DNA of 64,000 bases from Patescibacteria group bacterium (lineage in GTDB: Bacteria; Patescibacteriota; Patescibacteriia; Patescibacteriales; UBA12465), in NCBI GenBank assembly GCA_023229115.1, contig JALNZW010000007.1:1423-65422 (forward strand), given 5' to 3'. Of the stretch, positions 1-9,508 are shown one piece after another. The notes below the pieces were generated by a model that was not told where the DNA came from, did not search any database, and saw only the letters and a program-made list of their open reading frames with translations. The position numbers and the translations under genes were made by a program. Positions within the stretch are counted from its first letter, which is position 1. The number at the start of each line of letters is the position of its first letter.

Positions 1-2
1 AT

Positions 3-386
3 GTCGCTTACAACAATTCCGGCATTGGCAGGGGATCATTTAGTAGTGCGGCTGGTTTCCAAGTTAGATGTATTTTAGACTATATCAGTAAATACAAAAT
101 AACTTTCGATAAGCAAGGAGGAACATACGGCTCAAGTGTAGTAATGGTCACATATGGACTTGATATGCCAGGAGCTATCGCTCCAACAAAAACTGGCTAT
201 GATTTTGTAGGTTATTTTACCTCACCTCTTTGTAAAGGTATTAAATATTATGATCATAATATGACAAGTATTTTGCCTTGGGATGTAAAAGGAGATAAAA
301 CCTTATATGCCTGCTGGCTTCACAGCTTCATAGAACCTGATCCTTGCCCTCCAGGAGAAATATGCCATGAAATTATTCAACAATAA
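3..386 (+). CDS. Surface/secreted repeat protein, 5'-partial (continues upstream of window): end of a Fib_succ_major-like domain followed by a Listeria-Bacteroides (Flg_new) repeat
   Basis: Frame 3 is open from base 3 to the stop at 384-386. The translation ...AAGFQVRCILD then KITFDKQGGTY...TKTGYDFVGYF...GDKTLYACW matches the List_Bact repeat consensus (G..F.GW...). The ATG at 144 is probably internal. Confidence 0.55.
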   Translation, partial: VAYNNSGIGRGSFSSAAGFQVRCILDYISKYKITFDKQGGTYGSSVVMVTYGLDMPGAIAPTKTGYDFVGYFTSPLCKGIKYYDHNMTSILPWDVKGDKTLYACWLHSFIEPDPCPPGEICHEIIQQ

Positions 387-422
387 ATTTTATATATTAT
401 CTTTAAAATTAATTAAAAAATT

Positions 423-902
423 ATGAATCAAAAAACAAAAAAAACTTTTATTTTTATAATTATTTTTATTATTTTGTTTTTAGTAGCTATTTTTATCTTT
501 AATGAAATAAATAAAAACAATAAACAAAATAACAATAATCTAGGAGAAATAAAAGATCAGACATCACACGAAGAAACAAGTGAGCTAGAAGAAAAAGAAT
601 TGGAGGAAGATGAGTCAAAAGAAAATAAAATAACTGAAGAAAAAAAAGAATATTTATTAAACTTAATAAATTTTAATATTACACAATTATTAATCATGGA
701 AGGCTACTTGGAGTCTGATTTAAAATTAAACAATGGTTTAATAATTAATGAAAAAGAAGCGCTTTTTAAATATCAACACAAGGGAAGGGAATTAGAAGTT
801 GAGATTGATTTTGATTACTACAACAATTCAGAATTAATGATAAATGATTATAAAATTTTAAATGAAACAACAAATGAACTAATTATAAATAAAAATGAAT
901 AG
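423..902 (+). CDS. Hypothetical membrane-anchored protein (N-terminal TM helix, N/E/K-rich low-complexity linker)
   Basis: 159-aa ORF with hydrophobic segment FIFIIIFIILFLVAIFIF near the N-terminus. No recognisable family. Confidence 0.45.
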   Translation: MNQKTKKTFIFIIIFIILFLVAIFIFNEINKNNKQNNNNLGEIKDQTSHEETSELEEKELEEDESKENKITEEKKEYLLNLINFNITQLLIMEGYLESDLKLNNGLIINEKEALFKYQHKGRELEVEIDFDYYNNSELMINDYKILNETTNELIINKNE

Positions 903-976
903 AATAAAATTTCAAAAATACATAACCTCAAAAGCAAGAAAAACAAACTAAAACAAAAAAATACAGGATTATGAAC

Positions 977-1008
977 AAAAAGAGAAGGGATAAACGCCTT
1001 CTCTTTTT
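977..1008. terminator. Bidirectional intrinsic terminator hairpin between convergent genes
   Basis: AGAGAAGG (981-988) pairs with CCTTCTCT (997-1004). An A-run lies upstream and a T-run downstream. It sits between the 3' ends of 423..902(+) and 1017..1994(-). Confidence 0.55.
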
Positions 1009-1016
1009 GTTGTATT

Positions 1017-1994
1017 TTATTTATCAAAATTTTTTCTAGAATGTATTTTTTTGTGAATATCTCCTAATTGTTTACTAGTAACATGAGTATAAACCTGGGT
1101 TGTAGCGATGTTTTTATGTCCTAAAAATTCTTGAACAAGTCTAAGGTCGACACCTTGTGACATTAAATCAGTGGCAAAACTATGTCTTAACGTGTGAGGC
1201 GTAGCCATGACCGGTAAGCCGGTTATTTTTATATATTTCTTAACTATTGTTTCAATACTTTTAGTTGTCAACCTTCTTGATTCTCCAGTTTTCTCAATTC
1301 CTGGCTTATAATTTATAAATAGGGCAGGGTCAATATCATTTCTTTTATCTAAATACTTTTTAATAGCGCTTAAAGCTCTTTCAGAAAAATAAACAGTTCT
1401 AACTTTTTGACCCTTGCCAACAACACTTATTTCTAAAAATTCTAAATTATTTTTTATTTTTATCTGATCTCTATTCAAAGCTACCAACTCTGAAACACGC
1501 AAGCCAGTAGAGAACAGTGTTTCTAGAATAGATCTATCTCTCAACCCTTTAATGTCATTATCATCCGGCGATGATAATAATTTTTTTAATTGATCTAGAT
1601 TTAAAAATTTTATTTCTCGCTCTGAACGATCCTTGGCTAATTTTATTTTGCTAGGAGGCAGAGAATTAATATTTTTTTCAACAAAAAACTCTAAAAGAGA
1701 CCTTAAGGCTATTAAATAATAATTTTGAGTACTTTTCTTAAGAGGCCTATTACTTACTTTATTTATATGCCTAGATAAAAACAAACGATACTTCCAAACA
1801 TGATCTTCATTTAAGTCTTGAGGTTTTAGGTCCTGTAAATTAGAATTTTTTAAATAATTAAAAAACTTATTTAAAAATCTGGAATAATTTTCTTGAGTCT
1901 TAAGAGAAAGACCTTTTTCAATTTCACTATAATCAAGAAAATCTTTTAAATATTTTATTATTGGCTTATTTTCCATAGGGAACTTAAAAAACAC
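1017..1994 (-). CDS. Tyrosine site-specific recombinase, XerC/XerD family
   Basis: C-terminal catalytic motifs HTLRHSFATDLMSQGVDLRLVQEFLGHKNIATTQVYTHV (R..H-x-x-R...H...Y). An N-terminal SAM-like core-binding region is present. 325 aa. Confidence 0.85.
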   Translation of the reverse strand: MFFKFPMENKPIIKYLKDFLDYSEIEKGLSLKTQENYSRFLNKFFNYLKNSNLQDLKPQDLNEDHVWKYRLFLSRHINKVSNRPLKKSTQNYYLIALRSLLEFFVEKNINSLPPSKIKLAKDRSEREIKFLNLDQLKKLLSSPDDNDIKGLRDRSILETLFSTGLRVSELVALNRDQIKIKNNLEFLEISVVGKGQKVRTVYFSERALSAIKKYLDKRNDIDPALFINYKPGIEKTGESRRLTTKSIETIVKKYIKITGLPVMATPHTLRHSFATDLMSQGVDLRLVQEFLGHKNIATTQVYTHVTSKQLGDIHKKIHSRKNFDK

Positions 1995-2129
1995 AAAGAA
2001 AAGTCTATTTCTATATTGTCCTTAACTTCGCATAATGTATATTAATTAACCTTATATATTTATTATAACAATAAACGCCAATAAATACAACAATATCAAT
2101 AATACCAACAAATTTAATGAATTTATTAA

Positions 2130-2273
2130 TTAGTAGATAGTTAAACCCATTAAATTTATTTCTGGAGTAAATAAAAGACTTATTTTTAAAAAAATTAAAA
2201 AAACACCTATAACCACTAAACAAAAAACAAAAATAGCTAGACCAAAAACAAATTTAAATGTTCCTTCTCCCAT
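2130..2273 (-). CDS. Possible 47-aa small membrane protein (below ORF-track cutoff)
   Basis: Manual translation gives MGEGTFKFVFGLAIFVFCLVVIGVFLIFLKISLLFTPEINLMGLTIY*. One clear TM helix. It lies between the ftsQ-like and xer genes on the same strand. Confidence 0.3.
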   Translation of the reverse strand: MGEGTFKFVFGLAIFVFCLVVIGVFLIFLKISLLFTPEINLMGLTIY

Positions 2274-2296
2274 ATATTTTTAAAAAAATTATAAAA

Positions 2297-3229
2297 TTAA
2301 CGATAATATATCTTATCACCATATCTAATATCGACATATTCGACTCCTTTTAACTTGTCTCTATATTCATTTTTTAACAATAAAAACCTCTTAATTTGAC
2401 TCTCTTGATCATCTTTTAAGCTAAAAAATACTATAATATCATTGTAAAGCTTAACTTTTAGAGTGTCTTTAGCCTCATCTATTATAAATTTTTTAACCCT
2501 AAAATCACTTTCTATGCCAAAGTCATTGAATATTTTATTGGCAAAATCTAAATATTCCTTACTAATCTTAGCTTTTTTATTATCTAAATCAATTTTTGAA
2601 TTACTGTGAATATTTTCTATAACTGGATAATAATTATCCTTTAAAGCTTCATTTTTAAGTTTTAAACAGTCATCTAAAGCTTTTTCTTCTAGGGCTAACA
2701 ATTCCTCTTCAGTACTTGAAGCTAAAGTGATCTGAGAACCTTCGCTCGAGTTAAAACAAACCCTTTTATTTTTAACTATATTAGCTAAATCATCTAAATA
2801 ATAAAAATAATCACCCTCTTCTAGTATATACCTAACCTCCCTCTCTAATATTGTTATTTTTAAACCAGAAATAAGGCTTTTTTTGATATCTACCTCTAAA
2901 AAATTATAATCAGACAATTGCTTTAAAAGCTCTTTTTCGTTAAAAAATAATATGTTTTCTTGAGAAAAAAAAGAATTTCTAGAGTCAATTTGAGCCTGAA
3001 CTATGTTTTCAATCTCATTTTCATTAACCTTGTTTAGGTCGCTTATTTTTATATTCTTTATTTTAAAAAAAGAAGTAAAAAAAACAAAATAAACAAATAA
3101 AGCTATTAAAACAAAGCCAAAAATTAAACAAATAAAACATTTTTTTCTAAATTTCTTATTTTTATTTTTTTTAATAAAAGGATTGTTTATTTTTTTACCC
3201 GTCATCCTAGTCAATTGATTTCTGCTCAT
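2297..3229 (-). CDS. ftsQ: FtsQ-like cell-division protein (N-terminal TM anchor + POTRA-type domain)
   Basis: Basic N-terminus and TM helix CFICLIFGFVLIALFVYFVFF. This is followed by FKIKNIKISDLNKVNENEIENIV...LKITILEREVRYIL, resembling the FtsQ POTRA pattern. It lies downstream of alr. Confidence 0.5.
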   Translation of the reverse strand: MSRNQLTRMTGKKINNPFIKKNKNKKFRKKCFICLIFGFVLIALFVYFVFFTSFFKIKNIKISDLNKVNENEIENIVQAQIDSRNSFFSQENILFFNEKELLKQLSDYNFLEVDIKKSLISGLKITILEREVRYILEEGDYFYYLDDLANIVKNKRVCFNSSEGSQITLASSTEEELLALEEKALDDCLKLKNEALKDNYYPVIENIHSNSKIDLDNKKAKISKEYLDFANKIFNDFGIESDFRVKKFIIDEAKDTLKVKLYNDIIVFFSLKDDQESQIKRFLLLKNEYRDKLKGVEYVDIRYGDKIYYR

Positions 3230-3239
3230 ACGCTTTTAT

Positions 3240-4397
3240 TTAAATTATCTTTCTTTTAATACTATGATTTAAGCCAGATAAAAGCTCATAACTTATAATG
3301 TTTATTTTATTGCTTAAATTTTGAATCGAATTATCCATATCATTATTATCAGAAAATATTTGCACTCTATCTCCAACATTAAAATCTTTGTTTAAAAAAT
3401 TTATACAACAAAGATTCATACAAACATTTCCAGCTATTTTCACCCAAAAAATTTCATTTTTATCTTTATTTTTATTGAACAAAAATTTTATACAACCAGA
3501 AAATCTTCTATCCAAACCCTCAAAATAACCAAAAGGAATAACAGCTATATTACAATCATCTTCAGCTACAAAACTATTACTATAAGACACTTTACTTCCC
3601 TTTTTAACCTTGTGTTTAGCTATAATAGTTGAATATAAGCTCAAGGCTGGTCTTAAAAAACTAGCCTTAGAGAAGTTTTTATCTTCCTTTAAGAAAGGAT
3701 TGTAGCCATAAAAAGCTATTCCCGGCCTAAAAGCATTGAAAATCTTATTATTTAAAACAAAAACACCAGCTGAATTACCTAAATGTATCCATTTAGGGTA
3801 TATTTTACTTCTGTGAAGTGTTTCTAGAGCATCTGTAAAACGCTTTTCTTGTTCTTGGTTAAAACTACTAGAATTATCATCGGCCTCGGCTAAATGAGAG
3901 CAAAAGCCGCTTATCTCTACTTTATTTAAGTATTTTTTATTATCATCAATAAAAAAATCTAAATCATCTATACCTTCCCTGTTCATCCCGCTATTAAAAA
4001 AAAGATGAATCTTAGCTTTTTTACCGTATCTAGATAGATATTTTAAAGTTTCTTTATTATAAACGATAAATTCAGTTCTTTTTAACTTACAATAACTATA
4101 AGCCTTAAGAGGCATTTCTCCTAATATTAGAACTTTACCAGGAAAATATTTATAAACTACCTGAGCCTCTGGAAAAGAATCAACAGCCACCATTTTAATA
4201 TTTGTTTTTTTTAAAATGTGACAAATTTCTTTTAATCCATGTCCGTAAGCATTTGACTTTAACACTGGAAAAATTTCAGCTTGCTCTTGTAACGACTGAA
4301 TATATTCTAAATTATGTAGAATATTTTTACTATTAATCTCTATCTGATTTAAAGTTTTATACTTTGGCTTGATTATTTTTCTAATTAAATTCAACAT
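3240..4397 (-). CDS. alr: Alanine racemase
   Basis: PLP-lysine motif VLKSNAYGHGL. Length of 385 aa and overall layout are typical of Alr. Confidence 0.9.
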   Translation of the reverse strand: MLNLIRKIIKPKYKTLNQIEINSKNILHNLEYIQSLQEQAEIFPVLKSNAYGHGLKEICHILKKTNIKMVAVDSFPEAQVVYKYFPGKVLILGEMPLKAYSYCKLKRTEFIVYNKETLKYLSRYGKKAKIHLFFNSGMNREGIDDLDFFIDDNKKYLNKVEISGFCSHLAEADDNSSSFNQEQEKRFTDALETLHRSKIYPKWIHLGNSAGVFVLNNKIFNAFRPGIAFYGYNPFLKEDKNFSKASFLRPALSLYSTIIAKHKVKKGSKVSYSNSFVAEDDCNIAVIPFGYFEGLDRRFSGCIKFLFNKNKDKNEIFWVKIAGNVCMNLCCINFLNKDFNVGDRVQIFSDNNDMDNSIQNLSNKINIISYELLSGLNHSIKRKII

Positions 4398-4496
4398 AAT
4401 TTTTTATTTTATATCTATAATTATATAAGGTTTAGTAAAATTTAGCAAATAAAAAATCTTTGAAATTTCAAAGATTTTATTAAAACTAACTAAAAT

Positions 4497-6362
4497 TTAT
4501 TTAATTATAACTACCCTGCCCTTGTCACTAGAAAAACGATCTCCTTTTAAATTGGTGTTGATATTTTCTAGACTTTGACTAATATCTCCTTGAGTAAATT
4601 CATCATATACGGTAAATTTAATATTTTTTACCAAATCAACAACTTTACCCAAATCTTCTTGTTCTGGAATAAAAATTATTTCCAAGTTAGCTCTGTATTT
4701 ATTAATTCCACCTTCTATTTCAGAAATTTCCCAAATCACTCTTTTGCCAATTTCAGCATAATTCAAACTACCATCTAAAACTCTTTTATTACCAGAAAAA
4801 TAAACATTGTCCGGCAATTCTGCTGTTAAAACAAAATCCTTCAATTTATTACCAGAATTATTAAATTCCAAAAATAACCAATAATTTGTAGCCATGCCAA
4901 CTGCCGGAGGTAAAGGACCAACACCCAGTTGATCACCCTGCTCACTATAATATCGACCAGAAACATTAGTCAAAACATCCGAAACCATCTTTGTTCTTGA
5001 AGAATAGGCCGTATATTTAACATTTTGATTATTAATTTGATATTCAACATCAGCCACTAATAAAGCTTCTTGATTGGATAAAATTTGCCTTCTTTCAAAC
5101 AAAACAAGCAATTCTAATTTTTGTTTTTCCCCTGGAACCAAATCTTCAATTTTAATAATATTATTTTCTAAACTAACATTATTAGGAGCATTTAAAATTT
5201 CAACGGAAGATAAAAATAAACCAAGCTGACCAGAATTTAACCTAAAAGAAATATCCTTTATTGCTTGGCTATTTTGATTTTCATATTCAAATTTATAAGC
5301 AATTTTTTCTCCAGTTTTAAGTAATGATTGATTAGATGAAATTCCTAATTTTATTTCTGGCTTACTTATTGATTTATTTATATCCGCTAAATCCAAATAA
5401 AGACTATCATTTAAAAAATTAAAAGATAGTCTAGGTTTTAAGTTAATATTTTCTTCATTTTTAGGATTTAAAAAAACCAAATATTCAAACTCTTGTTTTG
5501 CATCTATTTTTTCTAAAATCAACCTATTATCTTCAATTCTTAAGTCAGATTTTTTTATTTCAACGTCATCACCAAAAAATAGTTCAACATGATTTAGATC
5601 ACGACTAGCATTATTTTTTATTTTAACCTTAGCTTCGACTTCTGTATTGGAGTAAATTTTTTCTGGGAAAGAAATGCTAACATCGGCTAAATATTTATTA
5701 ATATTATAAAAATAAGAGCTTAAAACACCATCTTTACCACATTTATTACAATTAAAATTAAAAGAAATCATTTGATGATCACCCTTTTCTCCAATAACAT
5801 AACCATCTATTTTAATTTTACCAGTAGTTCCATTACTTAAATCATCCAAATAAAAGGTATTCTTTTCTTGATTATAGTAATTACTAGGACTAACACTTTC
5901 CAAAATAAAATTCCTAGGAAGCTCAACCTTAATAAAGTTTTCTTTTAAATCTTCTTTAATTTGATACTCCAGCTCAAAAGTTTTTAATTGTCCAGCTATA
6001 ATATTTTGATCATCAGTACTAACCTTTAATAAAACTTTATCATCCTTTCCAACTCCAAAAGAAAAAATAGAAAAAACTATTAAAGCAATTATTATCAAAA
6101 CAAGAATAATATCAGCAACTAAATGCCAAAAATTTTCCTGATAATGTCTTTCATGTCTTTTTTTGATAGAATCACCTATCAAATTTAAACTACCAATAAC
6201 AAAATTACCACCCTTTTTAACATCAATACCGTCTGGACCAAGCCGAACAGACTGATCTTCTCTGGATTCAATCATAGAGCCACCCCTATTTTCAACTTCT
6301 ACTATTTCTATTTCAGCATTTTCATTATTTTTATTTAATTTGTCTGAATTATTTTTTATCAT
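4497..6362 (-). CDS. Large membrane-anchored extracytoplasmic protein, function unknown
   Basis: 621-aa ORF with a single TM helix (LVADIILVLIIIALIVFSIFSF) after a cytoplasmic N-terminus of about 80 aa. The long remainder is beta-rich in appearance. No family recognised. Confidence 0.5.
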   Translation of the reverse strand: MIKNNSDKLNKNNENAEIEIVEVENRGGSMIESREDQSVRLGPDGIDVKKGGNFVIGSLNLIGDSIKKRHERHYQENFWHLVADIILVLIIIALIVFSIFSFGVGKDDKVLLKVSTDDQNIIAGQLKTFELEYQIKEDLKENFIKVELPRNFILESVSPSNYYNQEKNTFYLDDLSNGTTGKIKIDGYVIGEKGDHQMISFNFNCNKCGKDGVLSSYFYNINKYLADVSISFPEKIYSNTEVEAKVKIKNNASRDLNHVELFFGDDVEIKKSDLRIEDNRLILEKIDAKQEFEYLVFLNPKNEENINLKPRLSFNFLNDSLYLDLADINKSISKPEIKLGISSNQSLLKTGEKIAYKFEYENQNSQAIKDISFRLNSGQLGLFLSSVEILNAPNNVSLENNIIKIEDLVPGEKQKLELLVLFERRQILSNQEALLVADVEYQINNQNVKYTAYSSRTKMVSDVLTNVSGRYYSEQGDQLGVGPLPPAVGMATNYWLFLEFNNSGNKLKDFVLTAELPDNVYFSGNKRVLDGSLNYAEIGKRVIWEISEIEGGINKYRANLEIIFIPEQEDLGKVVDLVKNIKFTVYDEFTQGDISQSLENINTNLKGDRFSSDKGRVVIIK

Positions 6363-6415
6363 ATTTTTATAATTTAATTATACTCAATTTTTAAGCTAAA
6401 AGCAATCTAAATTAA

Positions 6416-8473
6416 TTAAAAACTAGTAGTTCCAACTAATATTTCAAAATTCTTGTCACCATCTAAATCATCCGACATTATCCTTAACCCAGACCTAAAA
6501 TCATTTTCATAAGCCATAAAAGAATTTAAATTTTTACCATCTTTGTTAAAAATTTTAACTTCAGGAGATCTTCCGGCTCCAGGAGCGGTTAGTATTTCTT
6601 TTTTACCATCTCCATCAATATCCCCAACCGCCAAAGAAACACCACCTCTAAAATTTTTATCATAAGCAAAAAAACCTCCAATTAAAGGCTTGCCATCTTT
6701 GTTAAAAATTCTAATATGTGGGCCACCACCTTGACCAGCGGCTGTTATTATTTCTTGAACCTTATCACCATCTAAATCCATAACAGCCACTCTAACACCA
6801 CCTCTAAAATTTTTATCATAAGCAAAAAAACCTCCAATTAAAGGCTTGCCATCTTTATTGAAAACTCGAACATGTGGGCCACCACCTTGACCAGCCCCAG
6901 TGATTATTTCTTTAGTCTTGTCGCCATCTAAATCAGCCACAGCAAAAGAGATATCTCCAGTAAATTTTCCATCATAAGGTTTAAATTCCCTAACTTTCTG
7001 TCCATTTTTATAAATAGAAATAAGACCATTACTATTAACTAAAGTTTCATCTCGCCCATCATTATCAATATCACTAATAAGTATCTGGGAATTGGCCGGC
7101 TGACTATCTACATAAGCAAAAAAACCAGAACGATTCTGTTGTCCCTTGCTATCAAAAACTCTAATAAAATCACCATTATTAAAACTATTATTTTTAATAG
7201 TAGCTACTGAAGAAATTCTTTTTAAAAGAATAACAGCATCGTTTGGCTTTATTTTAATAAAATTAATAATAGAGCCATTATTAATGGTTCTATCTTGAAT
7301 TCCATTTATTTTTTGAAATTCTTCTTGCTTAAAAACGTAAAGTTGCTCTTTATCACTAGAATTTAAAATGACAACTCCATTTTCAAAATCACGCCTCCAA
7401 AGACTTTTTTTATAAATCGTATTTCCTTTATTAAGTAAATCATAAGCACTAGACTGAGCTTTTCCTAAACTAACATCATATTCATCATACCACCAAACCT
7501 GTCCATGACTAGAAACATCGTAATCAAAGCTAAAATAACCATGACTTTCCATCATAACACTAGCCAAACCAAACCTCATTTTTTGATAAGATTGGCGACT
7601 GCTATAAGAATTTATTATTGTAATTTTAGGAGAATTATTTTTTTCACTAATATTAGAATATGTTTTTAATATTCCATCCCAATTACCGTTACTCTCCCAA
7701 GAAGATGGAAAACCTTCCAGCATTACACCATTTAAAAGCCCCTGATAACCATCATAAACCTTTCCATTACCAAGAATTAAATATTTCGAACCAATTAACT
7801 CCCTTGTTTTTTTAAGCATTTTTTTGACACCGTTAGACCAAGCATTATTAACTTCACTAATAGTATCACCACGTCCATCATTGTTAGCGTCAAAATCACC
7901 TCGAACCCAAGCTACATCACCCCAAACATTATCATAAAAAACACCATCCCATAATCCTGTTGAAATTATTTCTCTATTAACAAACTCCGGCAAATAATCA
8001 TTCCACCTTTGACCACGAGAATTAGCTCCAGCACCATCAGTAATATTTAAAAGATAAGTTCCCTCCCAAAAAGTTGTTCTACTTTTATCTTTATTTTTTA
8101 GCCACCAAGAATCAATAATATTATCAGCTAATTTTTTTCGAAGGGTTGCGTTGTGACTCCACTGACTAGAATGAATATTAGCATTAGCTTCTTGCGAAGT
8201 TATATAAGCTAATATAATTATATCTGGATTTATTTCTCTTATTTTTTTTAAATTGTTTTTACTATTAATCTGAACTTCCATATCCAATACTAAAAGATCC
8301 CATTTGGCTAATTCATTGACTTCGTGATCGGCAATAGTCCACTTCAAAAAGTAATTAGCTAATTTGGGATAAACATTTTTTTCATACACAGCCAAGGCCT
8401 CTTTTGTTCCAATAAAAAAACAAAAGAAAGCTAAAACTAAAAAAATATTTATTTTATTAAAAAATATAGACAT
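6416..8473 (-). CDS. Secreted protein: N-terminal putative glycosyl-hydrolase-like (GHL15-type) domain + C-terminal FG-GAP/VCBS-type repeats
   Basis: Signal-like N-terminus. YPKLANYFLKW...ELAKWDLLVLDME resembles GHL15 proteins. The C-terminus carries repeated DLDGDK..EI.T.AG.GGGPH.R.FNKDGK units typical of FG-GAP repeats. Confidence 0.6.
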   Translation of the reverse strand: MSIFFNKINIFLVLAFFCFFIGTKEALAVYEKNVYPKLANYFLKWTIADHEVNELAKWDLLVLDMEVQINSKNNLKKIREINPDIIILAYITSQEANANIHSSQWSHNATLRKKLADNIIDSWWLKNKDKSRTTFWEGTYLLNITDGAGANSRGQRWNDYLPEFVNREIISTGLWDGVFYDNVWGDVAWVRGDFDANNDGRGDTISEVNNAWSNGVKKMLKKTRELIGSKYLILGNGKVYDGYQGLLNGVMLEGFPSSWESNGNWDGILKTYSNISEKNNSPKITIINSYSSRQSYQKMRFGLASVMMESHGYFSFDYDVSSHGQVWWYDEYDVSLGKAQSSAYDLLNKGNTIYKKSLWRRDFENGVVILNSSDKEQLYVFKQEEFQKINGIQDRTINNGSIINFIKIKPNDAVILLKRISSVATIKNNSFNNGDFIRVFDSKGQQNRSGFFAYVDSQPANSQILISDIDNDGRDETLVNSNGLISIYKNGQKVREFKPYDGKFTGDISFAVADLDGDKTKEIITGAGQGGGPHVRVFNKDGKPLIGGFFAYDKNFRGGVRVAVMDLDGDKVQEIITAAGQGGGPHIRIFNKDGKPLIGGFFAYDKNFRGGVSLAVGDIDGDGKKEILTAPGAGRSPEVKIFNKDGKNLNSFMAYENDFRSGLRIMSDDLDGDKNFEILVGTTSF
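6639..6950 (-). repeat. Tandem 156-bp (52-codon) in-frame duplication inside the FG-GAP region
   Basis: acaccacctctaaaatttttatcataagcaaaaaaacctccaattaaaggcttgccatcttt... occurs at about 6639 and again at about 6795. About 100 nt are near-identical. The encoded units are ...GGPH(V/I)R(V/I)FNKDGKPLIGGFFAYDKNFRGGV. Confidence 0.8.
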
Positions 8474-8595
8474 TTCTCTTCTTTTTACTTAAAAATATAT
8501 CTTTTAAATATAACATATTTTTTATATAAAGTCAATAGTTATACTTCTTAAAAAAATCAGCTTTAAAACTGATTTTACTTACGTTTGTTGACTTA

Positions 8596-9507
8596 TTAAT
8601 AGCTTATATTAATAACACTAATTTCTGGTGGATTAAATAACCTAAAAGGTAAAGCAACGTTACCTATACCAGGTGTTACAAATAAATTAATATTATTAAT
8701 ATTATAAAAACCTTTATCAAAATCATATTCACTAGGAATAATTTTCTTATAGAGAATGGGTAGTCTTATTTGACCAGCGTGAGTATGGCCAGAAATCATT
8801 AAATCAATTTTTTTATTATTTTCAACATCTTCTAACTCATAAACGGAGTCTGGATTATGGCTAAGCAAAAATATGAAAGAAATATCAGAAGAATCATCTC
8901 GAGCTAAAATAGAATAATCTGGGCTAGCCACCCAGATATCCTCTAAACCAATGAATTCTATTTTTTGTCCATTAATCTCTAATATTTTAATTTTATTATC
9001 AATCATCAAAACTCCATTTTTTTCCAAAGAAGATTTGATAATTTGAGAAACTTCACTTCCCTCTTTATCATAATCATGATTGCCCAAAACAGCTAACTTG
9101 GGTATATTTATTTCTTTTAAACTAGAGAAATAATCTTCCATTCTGTTTTTATCAGCAAAATAAACAAAATCACCTGGAATAAGAATTAAATCAGGTTTAA
9201 TTTTTTTTATTTTAGTGACAGCTCTTTCTAATAATATTTGTTTGTTATAAATACCAATGTGGATATCAGAAATAACGACAATTTTTAATTGATTCTTTAA
9301 GTTATTATCTCCAAAATTATAATTTTTAATTAACAATAAATTTGGTTCTAAGAATCTCATCCAAATAAAAAATAAACTTACAAAAAGCAAAAACAATATT
9401 TCAATAGAAAATCTTTTTTTCTTTTTAACTTGCCAAAGCAACAAAAAAATAAAAGGAAAAATAAAATACGAGCCATAATATATTAAACTTAGAAATATCT
9501 TGGTCAT
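8596..9507 (-). CDS. Membrane-associated metallophosphoesterase (calcineurin-like)
   Basis: Motifs ISDIHIG, PGDFV, GNHD and SGHTHAGQ. N-terminal TM helices are present. Confidence 0.8.
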   Translation of the reverse strand: MTKIFLSLIYYGSYFIFPFIFLLLWQVKKKKRFSIEILFLLFVSLFFIWMRFLEPNLLLIKNYNFGDNNLKNQLKIVVISDIHIGIYNKQILLERAVTKIKKIKPDLILIPGDFVYFADKNRMEDYFSSLKEINIPKLAVLGNHDYDKEGSEVSQIIKSSLEKNGVLMIDNKIKILEINGQKIEFIGLEDIWVASPDYSILARDDSSDISFIFLLSHNPDSVYELEDVENNKKIDLMISGHTHAGQIRLPILYKKIIPSEYDFDKGFYNINNINLFVTPGIGNVALPFRLFNPPEISVINISY

Positions 9508-9508
9508 T

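Noticed and set aside
1017-1994. XerC/XerD-family recombinase as the integrase of the tRNA-Gln island
   Set aside because: It lies about 17.5 kb outside the outermost att-like repeat, separated by housekeeping genes. It looks like the chromosomal dimer-resolution recombinase and is not adjacent to any repeat.
2011-2223. 70-aa ORF between xer and ftsQ-like genes
   Set aside because: It starts on a non-ATG codon and has an implausible composition. It also overlaps the more convincing 47-aa TM ORF (2130..2273), which has an ATG start. Neither is strongly supported.
6600-6960. Possible CRISPR-like or non-coding tandem repeat
   Set aside because: The 156-bp periodicity is in frame inside a long ORF and encodes FG-GAP repeat units. 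There is no spacer-repeat architecture anywhere in the window.
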